From NCBI GenBank assembly GCA_025999275.1, contig AP024680.1:318393-382392 (forward strand): 64,000 nucleotides of DNA, read 5' to 3'. Shown here piece after piece: positions 34,831-44,582 of this stretch. How positions within the stretch are numbered: the stretch's first letter is position 1; every line of letters begins with the position of its first letter. The notes beneath the pieces are model-generated. The model made no database searches. It saw only the letters and a program-made list of their open reading frames with translations, and was not told where the DNA came from. This DNA comes from Patescibacteria group bacterium. GTDB taxonomy: Bacteria; Patescibacteriota; Microgenomatia; UBA8517. The translations under genes and the position numbers were made by a program.

Positions 34831-35826
34831 ATGTCTATCTATAATTTTTTAGTTCATCTTTTTATACCTCATTATTCCAATAATCAAAAACCAAAGCTTT
34901 TACATCCTTCGACTTTGTTGGTTTTTGCTTTTATCTTGTCTTTTTTGCAGGTCTTATTGCATTTTCTTCCCAAAGCTGGAGTTCGGGTTTTGGGGTATGC
35001 GGCTAATATTTCAGTTGATGAGGTTTTGCGTTTAACAAATCAAAAAAGGCAGGAAGCAGGTTTACCTCCTCTTAAACTTGATCCGGTTTTAAATCAAGCT
35101 GCCAAAAACAAGGGGGAGGACATGCTTGCCAAAGATTATTGGGCTCATGTTTCTCCTGACGGAGTTGAACCTTGGAAGTTTTTTCTTGATGCTGGTTATA
35201 AATACCGGTATGCAGGTGAAAATTTAGCGCGTGATTTTTCAAACGCCGCTTCGGCTGTCGATGCTTGGATGGCTTCACCTTCACACCGAGAAAACCTACT
35301 TTCGCCAAAATATGAGGATGTTGGTTTGGCTGTAGTTGAGGGTGATTTGGGTGGGGTTGATACAACTATAATAGTTCAGCTTTTTGGGACAAGGTTGGCA
35401 GGGAGTGGAGAGGTTAGTCCAGTTGCTAAGAAAGAAGAGCGGACTCTATTGTCTGCAAAGGCAAAGGTTCAAGAGCAAGAAATAAAACCAACCCCTATAC
35501 CTGATGAATATAAAAAATCAGAAATTGAGCTTTCCCCGATTCCTGTGTTTGAGGTTGGTAAACCAGTAGTGCTTGAGGCGGGTAGCGCCTTGGGTGAAAA
35601 CAATTTTGCAACACCACTTCCTGCATTTTTAATTTCTCCATTTGGTTTATTTAAGAGTCTGTCTTTGTATCTAACACTGGTATTGATTCTGGTATTTACA
35701 ATTGATGCAATAATAGTATCAAGGAAGAATATTACAAGGGTCTCGGGTCGTTCTTTTGCTCATATTTCTTTTTTGGGAATGATTTTGGCAGTGATTTTAA
35801 TTCTTAGGGCAGGAAAAATATTATGA
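34831..35826 (+). CDS. CAP/SCP/PR-1-like (YkwD-type) secreted domain protein with C-terminal membrane segments
   Basis: The CAP domain reads RLTNQKRQEAGLPPLKLDPVLNQAAKNKGEDMLAKDYWAHVSPDG...ASPSHRENLLSPKYEDVGLAV. N-terminal TM, and two C-terminal TMs. Confidence 0.7.
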   Translation: MSIYNFLVHLFIPHYSNNQKPKLLHPSTLLVFAFILSFLQVLLHFLPKAGVRVLGYAANISVDEVLRLTNQKRQEAGLPPLKLDPVLNQAAKNKGEDMLAKDYWAHVSPDGVEPWKFFLDAGYKYRYAGENLARDFSNAASAVDAWMASPSHRENLLSPKYEDVGLAVVEGDLGGVDTTIIVQLFGTRLAGSGEVSPVAKKEERTLLSAKAKVQEQEIKPTPIPDEYKKSEIELSPIPVFEVGKPVVLEAGSALGENNFATPLPAFLISPFGLFKSLSLYLTLVLILVFTIDAIIVSRKNITRVSGRSFAHISFLGMILAVILILRAGKIL

Positions 35827-36080
35827 AATACAATTTAAGACATTTACCACATTATTTTGGGTTAATTGGAATTTTTATTGTAGGTATATTTGGCTTTTTA
35901 ATTTTTTCCTATGACAGAACTTTTCAGGCAGCTGTTTTGGTTTCTGTTGCGGTTTCTTATGTTGTTTGGGGAGTGATTCATCACAAAATCCACAAAGATT
36001 TTTATATTTCTGTTTTGTTTGAATATATAGCTGTAGCCATTTTGGGATTGATTATTATTTTTTCCCTACTTTTCGCCTAA
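35823..36080 (+). CDS. Small hypothetical membrane protein
   Basis: 85 aa with two or three TMs. Its start overlaps the stop of the CAP gene. Confidence 0.35.
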   Translation: MKYNLRHLPHYFGLIGIFIVGIFGFLIFSYDRTFQAAVLVSVAVSYVVWGVIHHKIHKDFYISVLFEYIAVAILGLIIIFSLLFA

Positions 36081-36124
36081 TTTAGTTTGCTTCAGAAGGC
36101 ATCTTGGTAGTATAATTTCTTTAT

Positions 36125-36631
36125 ATGAAAGATAAAAAGGATATTATTTTTATAAGTCCGACGAAGGGGCAGGTTGGAATTCAAGATCTAGTCAAAGAGT
36201 TGGCGGATTTTGTAGAAGATGATCCTATGGCTTTTTATCGGTTGGTAATTGGGACAGATTCACAAGTCCATAGAATTAATGGTAAATCAGAGGTTGATTT
36301 TGTGACTGCTGTTGTGGTTCATCGACAAGGCCGTGGAGCAAGGTATTTTTGGCATAAGAAAAAAGTTTTTGTTAAGCAACCGGTATTAAGAGACAGGATT
36401 TATACAGAAACCTTGATGTCTTTGGATTTGGCTCAAAGAATAGTCCCTGAGGTTAGGAAGTTAATTACGGCAGCGAAATATGATCTTGAGATACATATTG
36501 ATGTTGGTGCTTTGGGCCAAACCCGAGAAATGATTAAGGAAGTTGTGGGGATGGTTAGTGGCAATGGTTTTGTAGCAAAGACTAAACCTGAAAGTTGGGG
36601 AGCCTCTTCTGTTGCCGACAAGCACACTTGA
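36125..36631 (+). CDS. Hypothetical protein, possibly RNase-H-like fold (YkuK/DUF458-like)
   Basis: LVIGTDSQ...VDFVTAVVVHRQGRGARYFW...IHIDVG pattern. Identification is from memory of the family and is weak. Confidence 0.3.
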   Translation: MKDKKDIIFISPTKGQVGIQDLVKELADFVEDDPMAFYRLVIGTDSQVHRINGKSEVDFVTAVVVHRQGRGARYFWHKKKVFVKQPVLRDRIYTETLMSLDLAQRIVPEVRKLITAAKYDLEIHIDVGALGQTREMIKEVVGMVSGNGFVAKTKPESWGASSVADKHT

Positions 36632-36634
36632 CAA

Positions 36635-36670
36635 TTCCACGCCGGGCTTGGAATAGCTTCGCAAGCCGGG
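36635..36670 (+). repeat. REP-like palindrome, copy 2 (left flank of RAYT gene)
   Basis: TTCCACGCCGGGCTTGGAATAGCTTCGCAAGCCGGG, identical to copy 1 at 23736. Confidence 0.7.
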
Positions 36671-36680
36671 TTTTTGCATT

Positions 36681-37352
36681 TTACTGCACTAGAAGATGCT
36701 TTATTTTTTCCAGTTTCTTCTGATATTCAGCGTGATTAAATGTAAATTCTCTAAACTTTTCGATGTTTCTGAAGTTTGATAGAACTATTTGTTTGAGGTC
36801 GCATATGTTTGATTCGTTTTCGGAGTTAAGATACTCTGCTAGCGAAGACCATGTATATTGTTCCAGTTTTTTCAGATCCTTAATTATCCCCGAAGAGTAA
36901 GGGTTAAGGTGGATATATCTTGAAAGATGTTTTATTTGTTCATCTGTTTCTACCAGAACAGATTTGAATCTGTTTTCAAATAAAGGGCCGGTTCTTTTGT
37001 GTTTAGTATTGAAGAATTTTGTGTAACTTGTTAGGAATCTGTTCATGAATGAACTTATACCATTATCTTCTTCTTGCCTAAGAATAAAATGGAAGTGATT
37101 TGGCATTAGACAGTATGCTACAAAGGAAACGGATTTGTTTTTTAGTGTGGATTTTATCTCTTCTTTTATTTGTGGTTTTAGTGATCTGAAAGAGGAGAAT
37201 TTGACTGGATAGTCTGAAAATCGGCAATAGTCAATTATGTCTATAAATCTTTGGTAATCTCTTTTATCAAGAAATATCGGAGCTCGGTTTATTCCTCTGT
37301 TGAAGATATGATATATGTGATTTGTAACAAGAGGAGTTTTTCTTATGGGCAT
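36681..37352 (-). mobile_element. REP-associated tyrosine transposase (RAYT / TnpA-REP, IS200/IS605-like Y1 HUH transposase)
   Basis: HUH motif MPNHFHFIL and the catalytic-Tyr region RYIHLNPY. 223 aa. Flanked by inverted REP copies at 36635 and 37367. Confidence 0.7.
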
Positions 37353-37366
37353 GTTTATTTATTTTG

Positions 37367-37403
37367 GTATTTAAAACCCGGCTTGTCAACATATTTCCAA
37401 GCC
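37367..37403 (-). repeat. REP-like palindrome, copy 3 (inverted; right flank of RAYT gene)
   Basis: The reverse complement reads TTCCACGCCGGGCTTGGAAATATGTTGACAAGCCGGG. Both arms match copies 1 and 2, and the central loop has diverged. Confidence 0.65.
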
Positions 37404-37439
37404 CGGCGTGGAATTGATATGTTTGGTATAATAGTCTTT

Positions 37440-38189
37440 ATGAAAGGAGTGGTTTTGGCTGGAGGGTTGGGGACCAGGCTTTACCCTCTGACTTACGCTA
37501 CCAATAAACACCTTCTCCCGGTTTATGATAAACCGATGGTTTTTTACCCAATTAATACCTTGGTAAGAGCAGGAATTAAGGAAGTTTTGGTGGTTACAGG
37601 TGGGCCTTATGCTGGTCATTTTGTTAGAGTTTTAAAAAATGGCAAGGAGTTGGGTCTGAAGCATTTGGAGTATGCATATCAGGAAGGTGAGGGTGGAATT
37701 GCAGCTGCTCTTTCTTTGTGTGAAGATTTTGCCGATGGTGATTCTTTGTGTGTTATTTTAGGTGATAATTGCACAGATGCTGACATTTCAAAACAGGTTA
37801 AAGGTTTTAAAGATGGCGCTATGGTATTTCTCAAAAAAGTTCCTGATCCAGAGCGTTTTGGAGTGCCGGTTTTTAATGAGAATAGAGAAATAATCAAAAT
37901 AGAAGAGAAACCTAAAAAGCCAAAATCAAACTTTGCTGTTACTGGGCTTTATATGTATGATTTTTCTGTCTTTTCTAAAATTAAATCTGTTAAACCTTCT
38001 GCTCGAGGAGAATTGGAAATTACAGATGTTAACAATCTTTATATAAAAGAGAAGAAACTAAGGTGGGCGATTTTAAAGGGTTATTGGCGTGATGCTGGAA
38101 CTTTTCAAACTCTTTTTGAGGCTAATAAATATTGGGCTAGGAAGGCAGCTTTTAAGGACCGAATCTTTAAAAGTAGTCGCACAATTTAA
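37440..38189 (+). CDS. rmlA: Glucose-1-phosphate thymidylyltransferase-like sugar nucleotidyltransferase
   Basis: MKGVVLAGGLGTRLYPLT is the nucleotidyltransferase G-loop, and a heads the dTDP-sugar operon. A TATAAT at 37424 suggests a short or absent leader. The alternative start is 37419. Confidence 0.8.
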   Translation: MKGVVLAGGLGTRLYPLTYATNKHLLPVYDKPMVFYPINTLVRAGIKEVLVVTGGPYAGHFVRVLKNGKELGLKHLEYAYQEGEGGIAAALSLCEDFADGDSLCVILGDNCTDADISKQVKGFKDGAMVFLKKVPDPERFGVPVFNENREIIKIEEKPKKPKSNFAVTGLYMYDFSVFSKIKSVKPSARGELEITDVNNLYIKEKKLRWAILKGYWRDAGTFQTLFEANKYWARKAAFKDRIFKSSRTI

Positions 38190-38192
38190 TAC

Positions 38193-39206
38193 ATGAAATT
38201 ATTAGTAACAGGTGGCGCTGGATTTATAGGTAGTAATTTCATTAGCTATTGGTTGAAAAATAACCCTAAAGATAAAATTATTAATTTTGATAAATTAACT
38301 TACGCTGGCCATTTGTCTTCTACTTCCGATTTTGCTTCTAATAAGAACTATACTTTTGTTAGAGGTGATATTTGTAATTCCAAATTGGTTGATGAGGTTA
38401 CCAAAAATGTTGATATAATAGTTCATCTTGCAGCTGAAAGCCATGTTGATCGTTCTATTTTTGGCCCTGCCACTTTTATCAAAACTAATGTTTTAGGTAC
38501 ACAGACTCTTCTTGATTCAGCTCTAAAAAATAAAATTAAGCTTTTTTGCCATATATCAACGGATGAAGTTTTTGGTGCCCTTCCACTTGATAGTAGGAAG
38601 AAATTTAATGAAAAAACTCCTTATAATCCTCGTTCTCCTTATTCTGCAAGTAAAGCTGCTTCAGATCACTTAGTCCGTGCCTATTTTACGACTTATGGCT
38701 TGCCGGTTGTTATTACCAATTGTTCTAACAATTTTGGTCCTTACCAGGATCCTGAAAAATTTTTGCCAAGAATGATTACCAATTTAATTGATAATAAGCC
38801 TATTCCTATCTATGGGGATGGTAAGTATGTTCGTGATTGGCTTTATGTTCTTGACCATTGTCGTGCAATTGAGATGGTTATTAAGAAGGGTAAGGTTGGA
38901 GAAACTTATTTAATTGGTGGTTTAACAAAAGATATCAGTAATTTGGAAGTGGCAAAGATGCTTCTTAAGATCTTTAATAAAGACAATTCTTATATTCAGT
39001 TTGTAAAAGACAGGCCTGGTCATGACAGACGCTATGCAGTTGATTGGAGTAAGATTAAAAACGACCTTGGTTTCAAGCCAGAGTTTGATTTTAGTGTTTG
39101 GCTTGAAAAGACAGTTGAATGGTATAAGGCTAATGAGTGGTGGTGGCGGCCTCTTAAGAAAAAAGCGGAAAAATTTTACCAAAAAACAAACAATAACCGA
39201 AAATGA
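38193..39206 (+). CDS. rmlB: dTDP-glucose 4,6-dehydratase
   Basis: Extended SDR with TGGAGFIGS, the catalytic YSASKAASD, and DWLYVLDHCRAI. 337 aa. Confidence 0.9.
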   Translation: MKLLVTGGAGFIGSNFISYWLKNNPKDKIINFDKLTYAGHLSSTSDFASNKNYTFVRGDICNSKLVDEVTKNVDIIVHLAAESHVDRSIFGPATFIKTNVLGTQTLLDSALKNKIKLFCHISTDEVFGALPLDSRKKFNEKTPYNPRSPYSASKAASDHLVRAYFTTYGLPVVITNCSNNFGPYQDPEKFLPRMITNLIDNKPIPIYGDGKYVRDWLYVLDHCRAIEMVIKKGKVGETYLIGGLTKDISNLEVAKMLLKIFNKDNSYIQFVKDRPGHDRRYAVDWSKIKNDLGFKPEFDFSVWLEKTVEWYKANEWWWRPLKKKAEKFYQKTNNNRK

Positions 39207-39775
39207 AGCAAATTTCCGAACATATTTACGAAACAAGTTTAAATGGTCTTTACAAAATAGAGATGCCGACTTTCAAAGACGAAAGAGGTTTCTTCCATGA
39301 AGTTTTTCGTTTAGATGAACTTAAGAAAGCAACCGGAGTTGATTTCAAACCAGTTCAATGGAATCATTCGCTTTCCAAACCAAAAGTAATAAGAGCTATT
39401 CACACGGAAGGTTGGAATAAACTTGTTTATCCGGTAACTGGCAAGATGTTTGCTGTCATTGTTGATGTTCGTGAAGAAAGTCCGACTTTTGGGAAATATG
39501 AAGAGTTTGTGTTTGATAATACTTCTTATGATTCTTCTCATTTTGCTCTATTTATATCCAAGGGGTTGGGCAATTCTATTTGTGCTTTTGGCAGCCAACC
39601 TGTTAATTACATGTATTTGGTTGATGAGTATTGGGATAATAGCAAGGCGCAAGGTATAGCTTGGGACGATCCTGATATTGGTATTAAATGGCCTGTTGAA
39701 GATCCTATTATTTCGGAAAGAGACAAAAATAATCCTCGTTTGAGTGATCTTTTTCCTCATAAATATGGCAAGTAA
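39203..39775 (+). CDS. rmlC: dTDP-4-dehydrorhamnose 3,5-epimerase
   Basis: Cupin-fold RmlC: FHEVFR...VQWNHS...RAIHTEGWNKLVYPVTGKMFAVIVDVR. 4-nt overlap with rmlB. Confidence 0.85.
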   Translation: MKQISEHIYETSLNGLYKIEMPTFKDERGFFHEVFRLDELKKATGVDFKPVQWNHSLSKPKVIRAIHTEGWNKLVYPVTGKMFAVIVDVREESPTFGKYEEFVFDNTSYDSSHFALFISKGLGNSICAFGSQPVNYMYLVDEYWDNSKAQGIAWDDPDIGIKWPVEDPIISERDKNNPRLSDLFPHKYGK

Positions 39776-40673
39776 AGTGTATGTTACTGGTTCTTCTGGT
39801 TTGGTAGGTTCTAGGTTTGTTGAGTTATACTCACAAAAATACAAACTGTTAACTCCAGAGATTGATAGGCTTAATATTTTAGATTTTAACTCTCTTAAAG
39901 AATTCATTTCTGTTAGAAAACCTAATGCTGTTGTTCACTTTGCTGCTTTTACTGATGTTTCTGCAGCTGAGAATCAGAGAGGAGATGAAAATGGCGACTG
40001 TTTTGGGATCAATGTCTTGGGAACAGAGAATTTGGTCAAACTTTGTGAAGAAAATAAGATTTTTATGATTCACATTTCAACAGACATGGTTTTTCCGGGC
40101 AGCGAGGAATATAAAGGGCCATATGATGAGGACGACAAGCCTGAAAATACTCCTGATAAATTAACATGGTATGGCTTTACCAAAAGCGAGGCTGAAAGAA
40201 GACTTTTGTCAATATTGCCTAACAATTCTGCCATCTTAAGAATCATTTATCCTGTTAGAGCCAGTTTTGAAAGAAAACTTGATTATTTGAGAAAGCCGCT
40301 TTCTCTTTTTGATCAAGGCAAACTTTACCCTCTTTTTGACGATCAACAAATTTCTGTTTCTTTTATAGACGAGGTGGCTTTGGCGATCGACAAAATCCTT
40401 GAAGATAGGATTTCTGGTGTTTATCATTGTTCTTCAGTTGATACAACCACACCTTTTGAAATTGTTTCTTATCTAATAGAAAAAGCAAGGGGAAAAGGGG
40501 CAGAAGTTAGGAGGTCTTCTTTGGCTGAGTTTCTAAAAAGGGTGGGTAATTCTTTAAGGTATCCTCGCTGGGGAGGTCTGAAGGTTGAAAAAACTCAAGG
40601 AAAGCTAAATATTAAATTTAGTACTTGGCGTCAGATTGTGGATAAACTTATAGAGCAAGGTATTCGAGCTTAA
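39765..40673 (+). CDS. rmlD: dTDP-4-dehydrorhamnose reductase
   Basis: VYVTGSSGLVGSRF Rossmann motif at the N-terminus and RmlD-like length. Start at MASKVYV, overlapping the rmlC stop. Confidence 0.75.
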   Translation: MASKVYVTGSSGLVGSRFVELYSQKYKLLTPEIDRLNILDFNSLKEFISVRKPNAVVHFAAFTDVSAAENQRGDENGDCFGINVLGTENLVKLCEENKIFMIHISTDMVFPGSEEYKGPYDEDDKPENTPDKLTWYGFTKSEAERRLLSILPNNSAILRIIYPVRASFERKLDYLRKPLSLFDQGKLYPLFDDQQISVSFIDEVALAIDKILEDRISGVYHCSSVDTTTPFEIVSYLIEKARGKGAEVRRSSLAEFLKRVGNSLRYPRWGGLKVEKTQGKLNIKFSTWRQIVDKLIEQGIRA

Positions 40674-40685
40674 TTATGACTAACT

Positions 40686-41351
40686 TTATTTCAGTTTTCT
40701 AGACTTTTCAAGAGCCTTTTCTTTTCTCCACTTTTCGATTTCTTTGTGATTGCCTGAAAGTAATATTTCAGGTACTTTCCACCCTTTGTAATCTCTTGGT
40801 TGCGTGTATTGAGGATAATCAAGCTCGTCTCCTTTTGAAAAAGACTCATTTTCAATTACTTCCTTTTCCAAGACTCCTGGCAGAAGTCTTACAATTGAGT
40901 CAACTAAAACCATAGCTGGTATTTCTCCCCCTGTTAAAATATATTTTCCAATCGAAATCTCCTCGTCTATCAGGTGATCTATTATTCTTTGATCAACTCC
41001 TTCATAATGCCCTGCAATCAAAATAAGATGATCAATTTTAGATAAACTTTTGGCCATTTTTTGGTCAAAAACTTTTCCCTGTGGACTTAAAAGAATAATT
41101 TTTCTTTTTTTGGCTTTAGTCTTGTTTTTGATTTTCTCTAAGGCCTTGTCTATAGGTTCGACTTTTAGTATCATCCCAGGGCCGCCACCAAAAGGCCTAT
41201 CATCAGTGGTTTTGTGTTTGTCAGTTGCCCAGTCTCTTATGTTGTGAATGTTAATTTTTACTGCTTTTATATCCTGTGCTTTTTTAAGCATTGATTGGCT
41301 AAATGGGCCATCAAACATACGAGGAAAAAGTGTTAGAATATCAATTATCAT
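40686..41351 (-). CDS. trmD: tRNA (guanine37-N1)-methyltransferase
   Basis: [18 protein letters not shown]-terminus, and the SPOUT-fold motifs [10 protein letters not shown] and [12 protein letters not shown]. Confidence 0.9.
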   Translation of the reverse strand: MIIDILTLFPRMFDGPFSQSMLKKAQDIKAVKINIHNIRDWATDKHKTTDDRPFGGGPGMILKVEPIDKALEKIKNKTKAKKRKIILLSPQGKVFDQKMAKSLSKIDHLILIAGHYEGVDQRIIDHLIDEEISIGKYILTGGEIPAMVLVDSIVRLLPGVLEKEVIENESFSKGDELDYPQYTQPRDYKGWKVPEILLSGNHKEIEKWRKEKALEKSRKLK

Positions 41352-41391
41352 ACCCTTATTTTATATTTTTTGAGCTCTAAAAGCCATTTTT

Positions 41392-42939
41392 ATGAAATAT
41401 AAGAATTTTAATAACTTTATTTTTATTTTTCTTATTTTTATTTTTTTATTTTTACTCCGTTTTAATTCTTTTGAGATGCCTTTTGAAAGAGATGAAGGGG
41501 AGTATGCTTATTCGGCTTGGATTTTAAGGCAAGGAATTATGCCATATGAGAATTCTTTTTTGCAAAAGCCACCAATGATAATTTATACCTATTTATTGGG
41601 ACAAATTTTTTTTGGAGATTCAATCTGGCCGCCGCGTTTCTTGGCTTTTATTTCAGTTTTTTTAACAGCACTTGTTATTTATTTTGTGGTTAGAAAAAAT
41701 TATAGTCAGAAAGTTGCTTGGACAAGTGCTTTTTTGACCTCTCTTACTTTGAGTTTTCCTCATTTTACAGCACTTGCTGCCAACACCGAGATATTTATGA
41801 TTTTATTTTTGGTTGTTTCTTTTGCTCTTTATTTTTATTATCAAGAAAAGGCTTCTTTTTGGGTTTGGTTTCTGTCAGGGGTTTTTTCATCTATTTCAGT
41901 TTTTTATAAGCCAATTGCTGTTTTTCCTTTTTTATTTTTGTATTCTTTTTGGATTTATAGATTATTAAAACAAAAAATTTCTTTTACTACTATTTTTATT
42001 AATATTTTTGCTGCTTCTTTTAGCTTTTTGTTTACTTCGTTATTAATTCTCTTGCCATTTTTGATTTCTGGGAAAATTAATTTTTTGGTTGAAAGTGTTT
42101 GGCAGTTTAATTTATCTTACAGCCAGGTTTGGAAAAGTTATGGACTGTCGGGTTTTTATTTGCAAATGGGCAAATTAATTCGCGTTTGGTGGATTTTAAT
42201 TCTATTATTTTTGTTTTTTCTTTTTTCAAAAAGCAAAGATAAGAATCTTATTTTAGGTCTTATTATTAGCTCTATTTTTTCAACCTTTAGGACTACGATA
42301 GGCCATTATTACCTTACTTTTATGCCATTTTTATCTATCGCTGCCGCTTTGGGTTTGTCGGAGTTGTATTCTCTTTTATCTAAGAAATTTAGGGTTAATT
42401 TTGTATATATTTTTTTAATTGTTTTATTTTTAATGCTTTATCCTTTAAGAGTTCAGTTTGGATTGAAACCAGAAGGATTAAGTCTTTGGATATATGGTTT
42501 TGAAAATCCATTTAATGAATCAAAGTTAATGTCAGAGAAAATAGTGGAAAACAGTTTACCTAGTGATTACATTTTTGTTGTTGGAAGTGAGCCGCAAATT
42601 TATTTTTACAGCCAAAGGAGATCGCCAACTAGGTTTGTTATAACCTATCCTTTAAATATTTATTCTCCCAAGAGGGAAGAGTATCAGTCTGAGGTGGTGG
42701 AAAATTTAAAAAATTTGAGGCCAAAATTTATAGTTTATTCAAATAAAGAGGCTAGTGGTGTTTGGGAAAAGGATTCTCCAAGAATCTTTATTGATTATAT
42801 TAATAATCTTATTTCTAAAGATTATTATTTGATTGGTGGATCTGTTTGGGGTAGGAATAAAGTAATTTGGCAAGATAAGTTGACAGACGAAGAAAAGAAA
42901 GAATCAAGTTTGCTATTATACAAATTGAGAAATGAATAA
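41392..42939 (+). CDS. GT-C-like polytopic membrane protein (putative glycosyltransferase)
   Basis: At least 10 TMs, with the early loop RDEGEYAYSAWILRQG (DE..Y-type motif) as in ArnT/PMT-like enzymes. Confidence 0.45.
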   Translation: MKYKNFNNFIFIFLIFIFLFLLRFNSFEMPFERDEGEYAYSAWILRQGIMPYENSFLQKPPMIIYTYLLGQIFFGDSIWPPRFLAFISVFLTALVIYFVVRKNYSQKVAWTSAFLTSLTLSFPHFTALAANTEIFMILFLVVSFALYFYYQEKASFWVWFLSGVFSSISVFYKPIAVFPFLFLYSFWIYRLLKQKISFTTIFINIFAASFSFLFTSLLILLPFLISGKINFLVESVWQFNLSYSQVWKSYGLSGFYLQMGKLIRVWWILILLFLFFLFSKSKDKNLILGLIISSIFSTFRTTIGHYYLTFMPFLSIAAALGLSELYSLLSKKFRVNFVYIFLIVLFLMLYPLRVQFGLKPEGLSLWIYGFENPFNESKLMSEKIVENSLPSDYIFVVGSEPQIYFYSQRRSPTRFVITYPLNIYSPKREEYQSEVVENLKNLRPKFIVYSNKEASGVWEKDSPRIFIDYINNLISKDYYLIGGSVWGRNKVIWQDKLTDEEKKESSLLLYKLRNE

Positions 42940-44578
42940 GAATTTGAGTTTTTCTAAAATCTTTTTAGATGGTAAAAGGCCATTTCTTTGGATTTTTGGT
43001 TTTGGTTTTGTTCTTTATTTGAGAGGGCTTTTTTTTGGTTTTAGTTATTTTGATGACAATGTTTTAATTTTAGAAAATTTGTTTTTTTTGAGGGATTTAT
43101 CTAACTTGCCAAGGGCTTTTACCACCGAGGTCTTTCATATTCTTCACTCTTCAGCTGCTTATTATCGTCCGCTTTTGACTATTTCCTATATGTTTGATGC
43201 GGTTGTTTCAGGTGAGAATCCTTTTGTTTATCACTTGACTAGCATTCTTATTCATCTTTTTGTTTCAATTTTTGTTTTTATTTTCTTTGAAAAGTTAAAA
43301 ATAAAAAGATCTGTAGCTTTTTTGTTGAGTTTTATTTTTCTAGTTCATCCGGTTTTGGCGCAAGCTGTAGTTTGGATTCCTGGTAGAAATGATTCGTTGC
43401 TAGCTTTTTTTGTTTTGCCGACTTTTATTTTCTTAATCAATTTTCTTGAGAATAAAAAATTAAGAGATCTCTGGCTTTCGATTTTGTTTTTTGGGTTTTC
43501 TTTGTTTACTAAAGAATCTTCTGTTTTTATTCCATTTTTAATTTTGTTTTTTGGGTTTTCTTTGTCTGAGAATAAAAAACTATTTATTAAGACTTTGCCA
43601 GTCCTATTTTTTGGCTGGGGGGTTATCTTTTTACTTTGGTTTTATCTAAGAAGCATTGCTCTTTCTTCTAGTCCTGTTCCATATACATTTTTTGGTTCAA
43701 TTAAAAGCATTTTAAATAATATGTCTGCTGTTTTTCTTTATTTGGGTAAAGTTATTTTGCCTTTTAATCTTTCTGTTTTGCCCACTCTTCAAGACTCAAT
43801 TTTGTGGTATGGCTTTATCTCTGTGTTTTTAATTATTTTCTTTTTTGTTGTTTCTAAAAACAAAAATTATTGGATAATTGCCTTTGGAATTGCTTGGTTT
43901 TTAGTTTTTCTTCTGCCTTCTTTTATTAGGCCCACTTCTTATGTTTCTGATTTCTTAGAACATAGAATATATCTGCCTTTGGTGGGTTTGTTTTTGATTT
44001 TTAGTCAGTTTAGTTTTGTTAAGAATTTTGACTTTGAAAAGAAATCAAACTTATATTTGTTTTTTTTGATTGTGTTTTTTTTCTCGACAATTACTTTTTT
44101 GCATATTGGGAAGTTTAAAGATAGAGTTACTTTTTGGTCGTTTGCGGTTAAGACTACTCCACACCACCCCCTTGCTCATAAGAATTTAGGGGCTATGTAT
44201 TATCTTGAAGGGAATTATGACTTAGCCAAAAACGAGTTTATCAAAGCTGCTGAGCTTAATTTCCAGGAGCCGATGATTCACAATAATTTGGGGCTAATTT
44301 ATATGAGAGAGGGAAAATTTGATAAAGCTGAGGATGAATTCAATTTGGAGCTTAAAGTAAACCCTAATTATGATAATGCACTTTTTAATTTGGGTCTTTT
44401 GTATTGGAATCAGGATAAAAAAGACAAAGCGGCAGAGATGTGGATTAAGACAATCTCTGTTAATCCTGATCATAAAGATGCGCTAAAAGGTCTGGCTGTT
44501 TATTATAGCGAGATTAAAGATTCGACTAAGGCAAATTATTTCTATCAGGAGGCTTTAAAAAGGGGAGTTAGATTCTAG
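42932..44578 (+). CDS. TMTC-like membrane glycosyltransferase with C-terminal TPR repeats
   Basis: N-terminal polytopic domain with the YYRPL motif (DUF1736/TMTC-like). The C-terminus has 4-5 TPR units, e.g. NLGAMYYLEGNYDLAKNEF and NLGLIYMREGKFDKAEDEF. Confidence 0.5.
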   Translation: MNKNLSFSKIFLDGKRPFLWIFGFGFVLYLRGLFFGFSYFDDNVLILENLFFLRDLSNLPRAFTTEVFHILHSSAAYYRPLLTISYMFDAVVSGENPFVYHLTSILIHLFVSIFVFIFFEKLKIKRSVAFLLSFIFLVHPVLAQAVVWIPGRNDSLLAFFVLPTFIFLINFLENKKLRDLWLSILFFGFSLFTKESSVFIPFLILFFGFSLSENKKLFIKTLPVLFFGWGVIFLLWFYLRSIALSSSPVPYTFFGSIKSILNNMSAVFLYLGKVILPFNLSVLPTLQDSILWYGFISVFLIIFFFVVSKNKNYWIIAFGIAWFLVFLLPSFIRPTSYVSDFLEHRIYLPLVGLFLIFSQFSFVKNFDFEKKSNLYLFFLIVFFFSTITFLHIGKFKDRVTFWSFAVKTTPHHPLAHKNLGAMYYLEGNYDLAKNEFIKAAELNFQEPMIHNNLGLIYMREGKFDKAEDEFNLELKVNPNYDNALFNLGLLYWNQDKKDKAAEMWIKTISVNPDHKDALKGLAVYYSEIKDSTKANYFYQEALKRGVRF

Positions 44579-44582
44579 TTTT

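Noticed and set aside
36636-36676. REP copy 2 interpreted as a simple rho-independent terminator of gene 36125..36631
   Set aside because: It may also terminate. However, its exact identity to a distant copy and its inverted partner flanking a HUH transposase argue that it is primarily a REP element.
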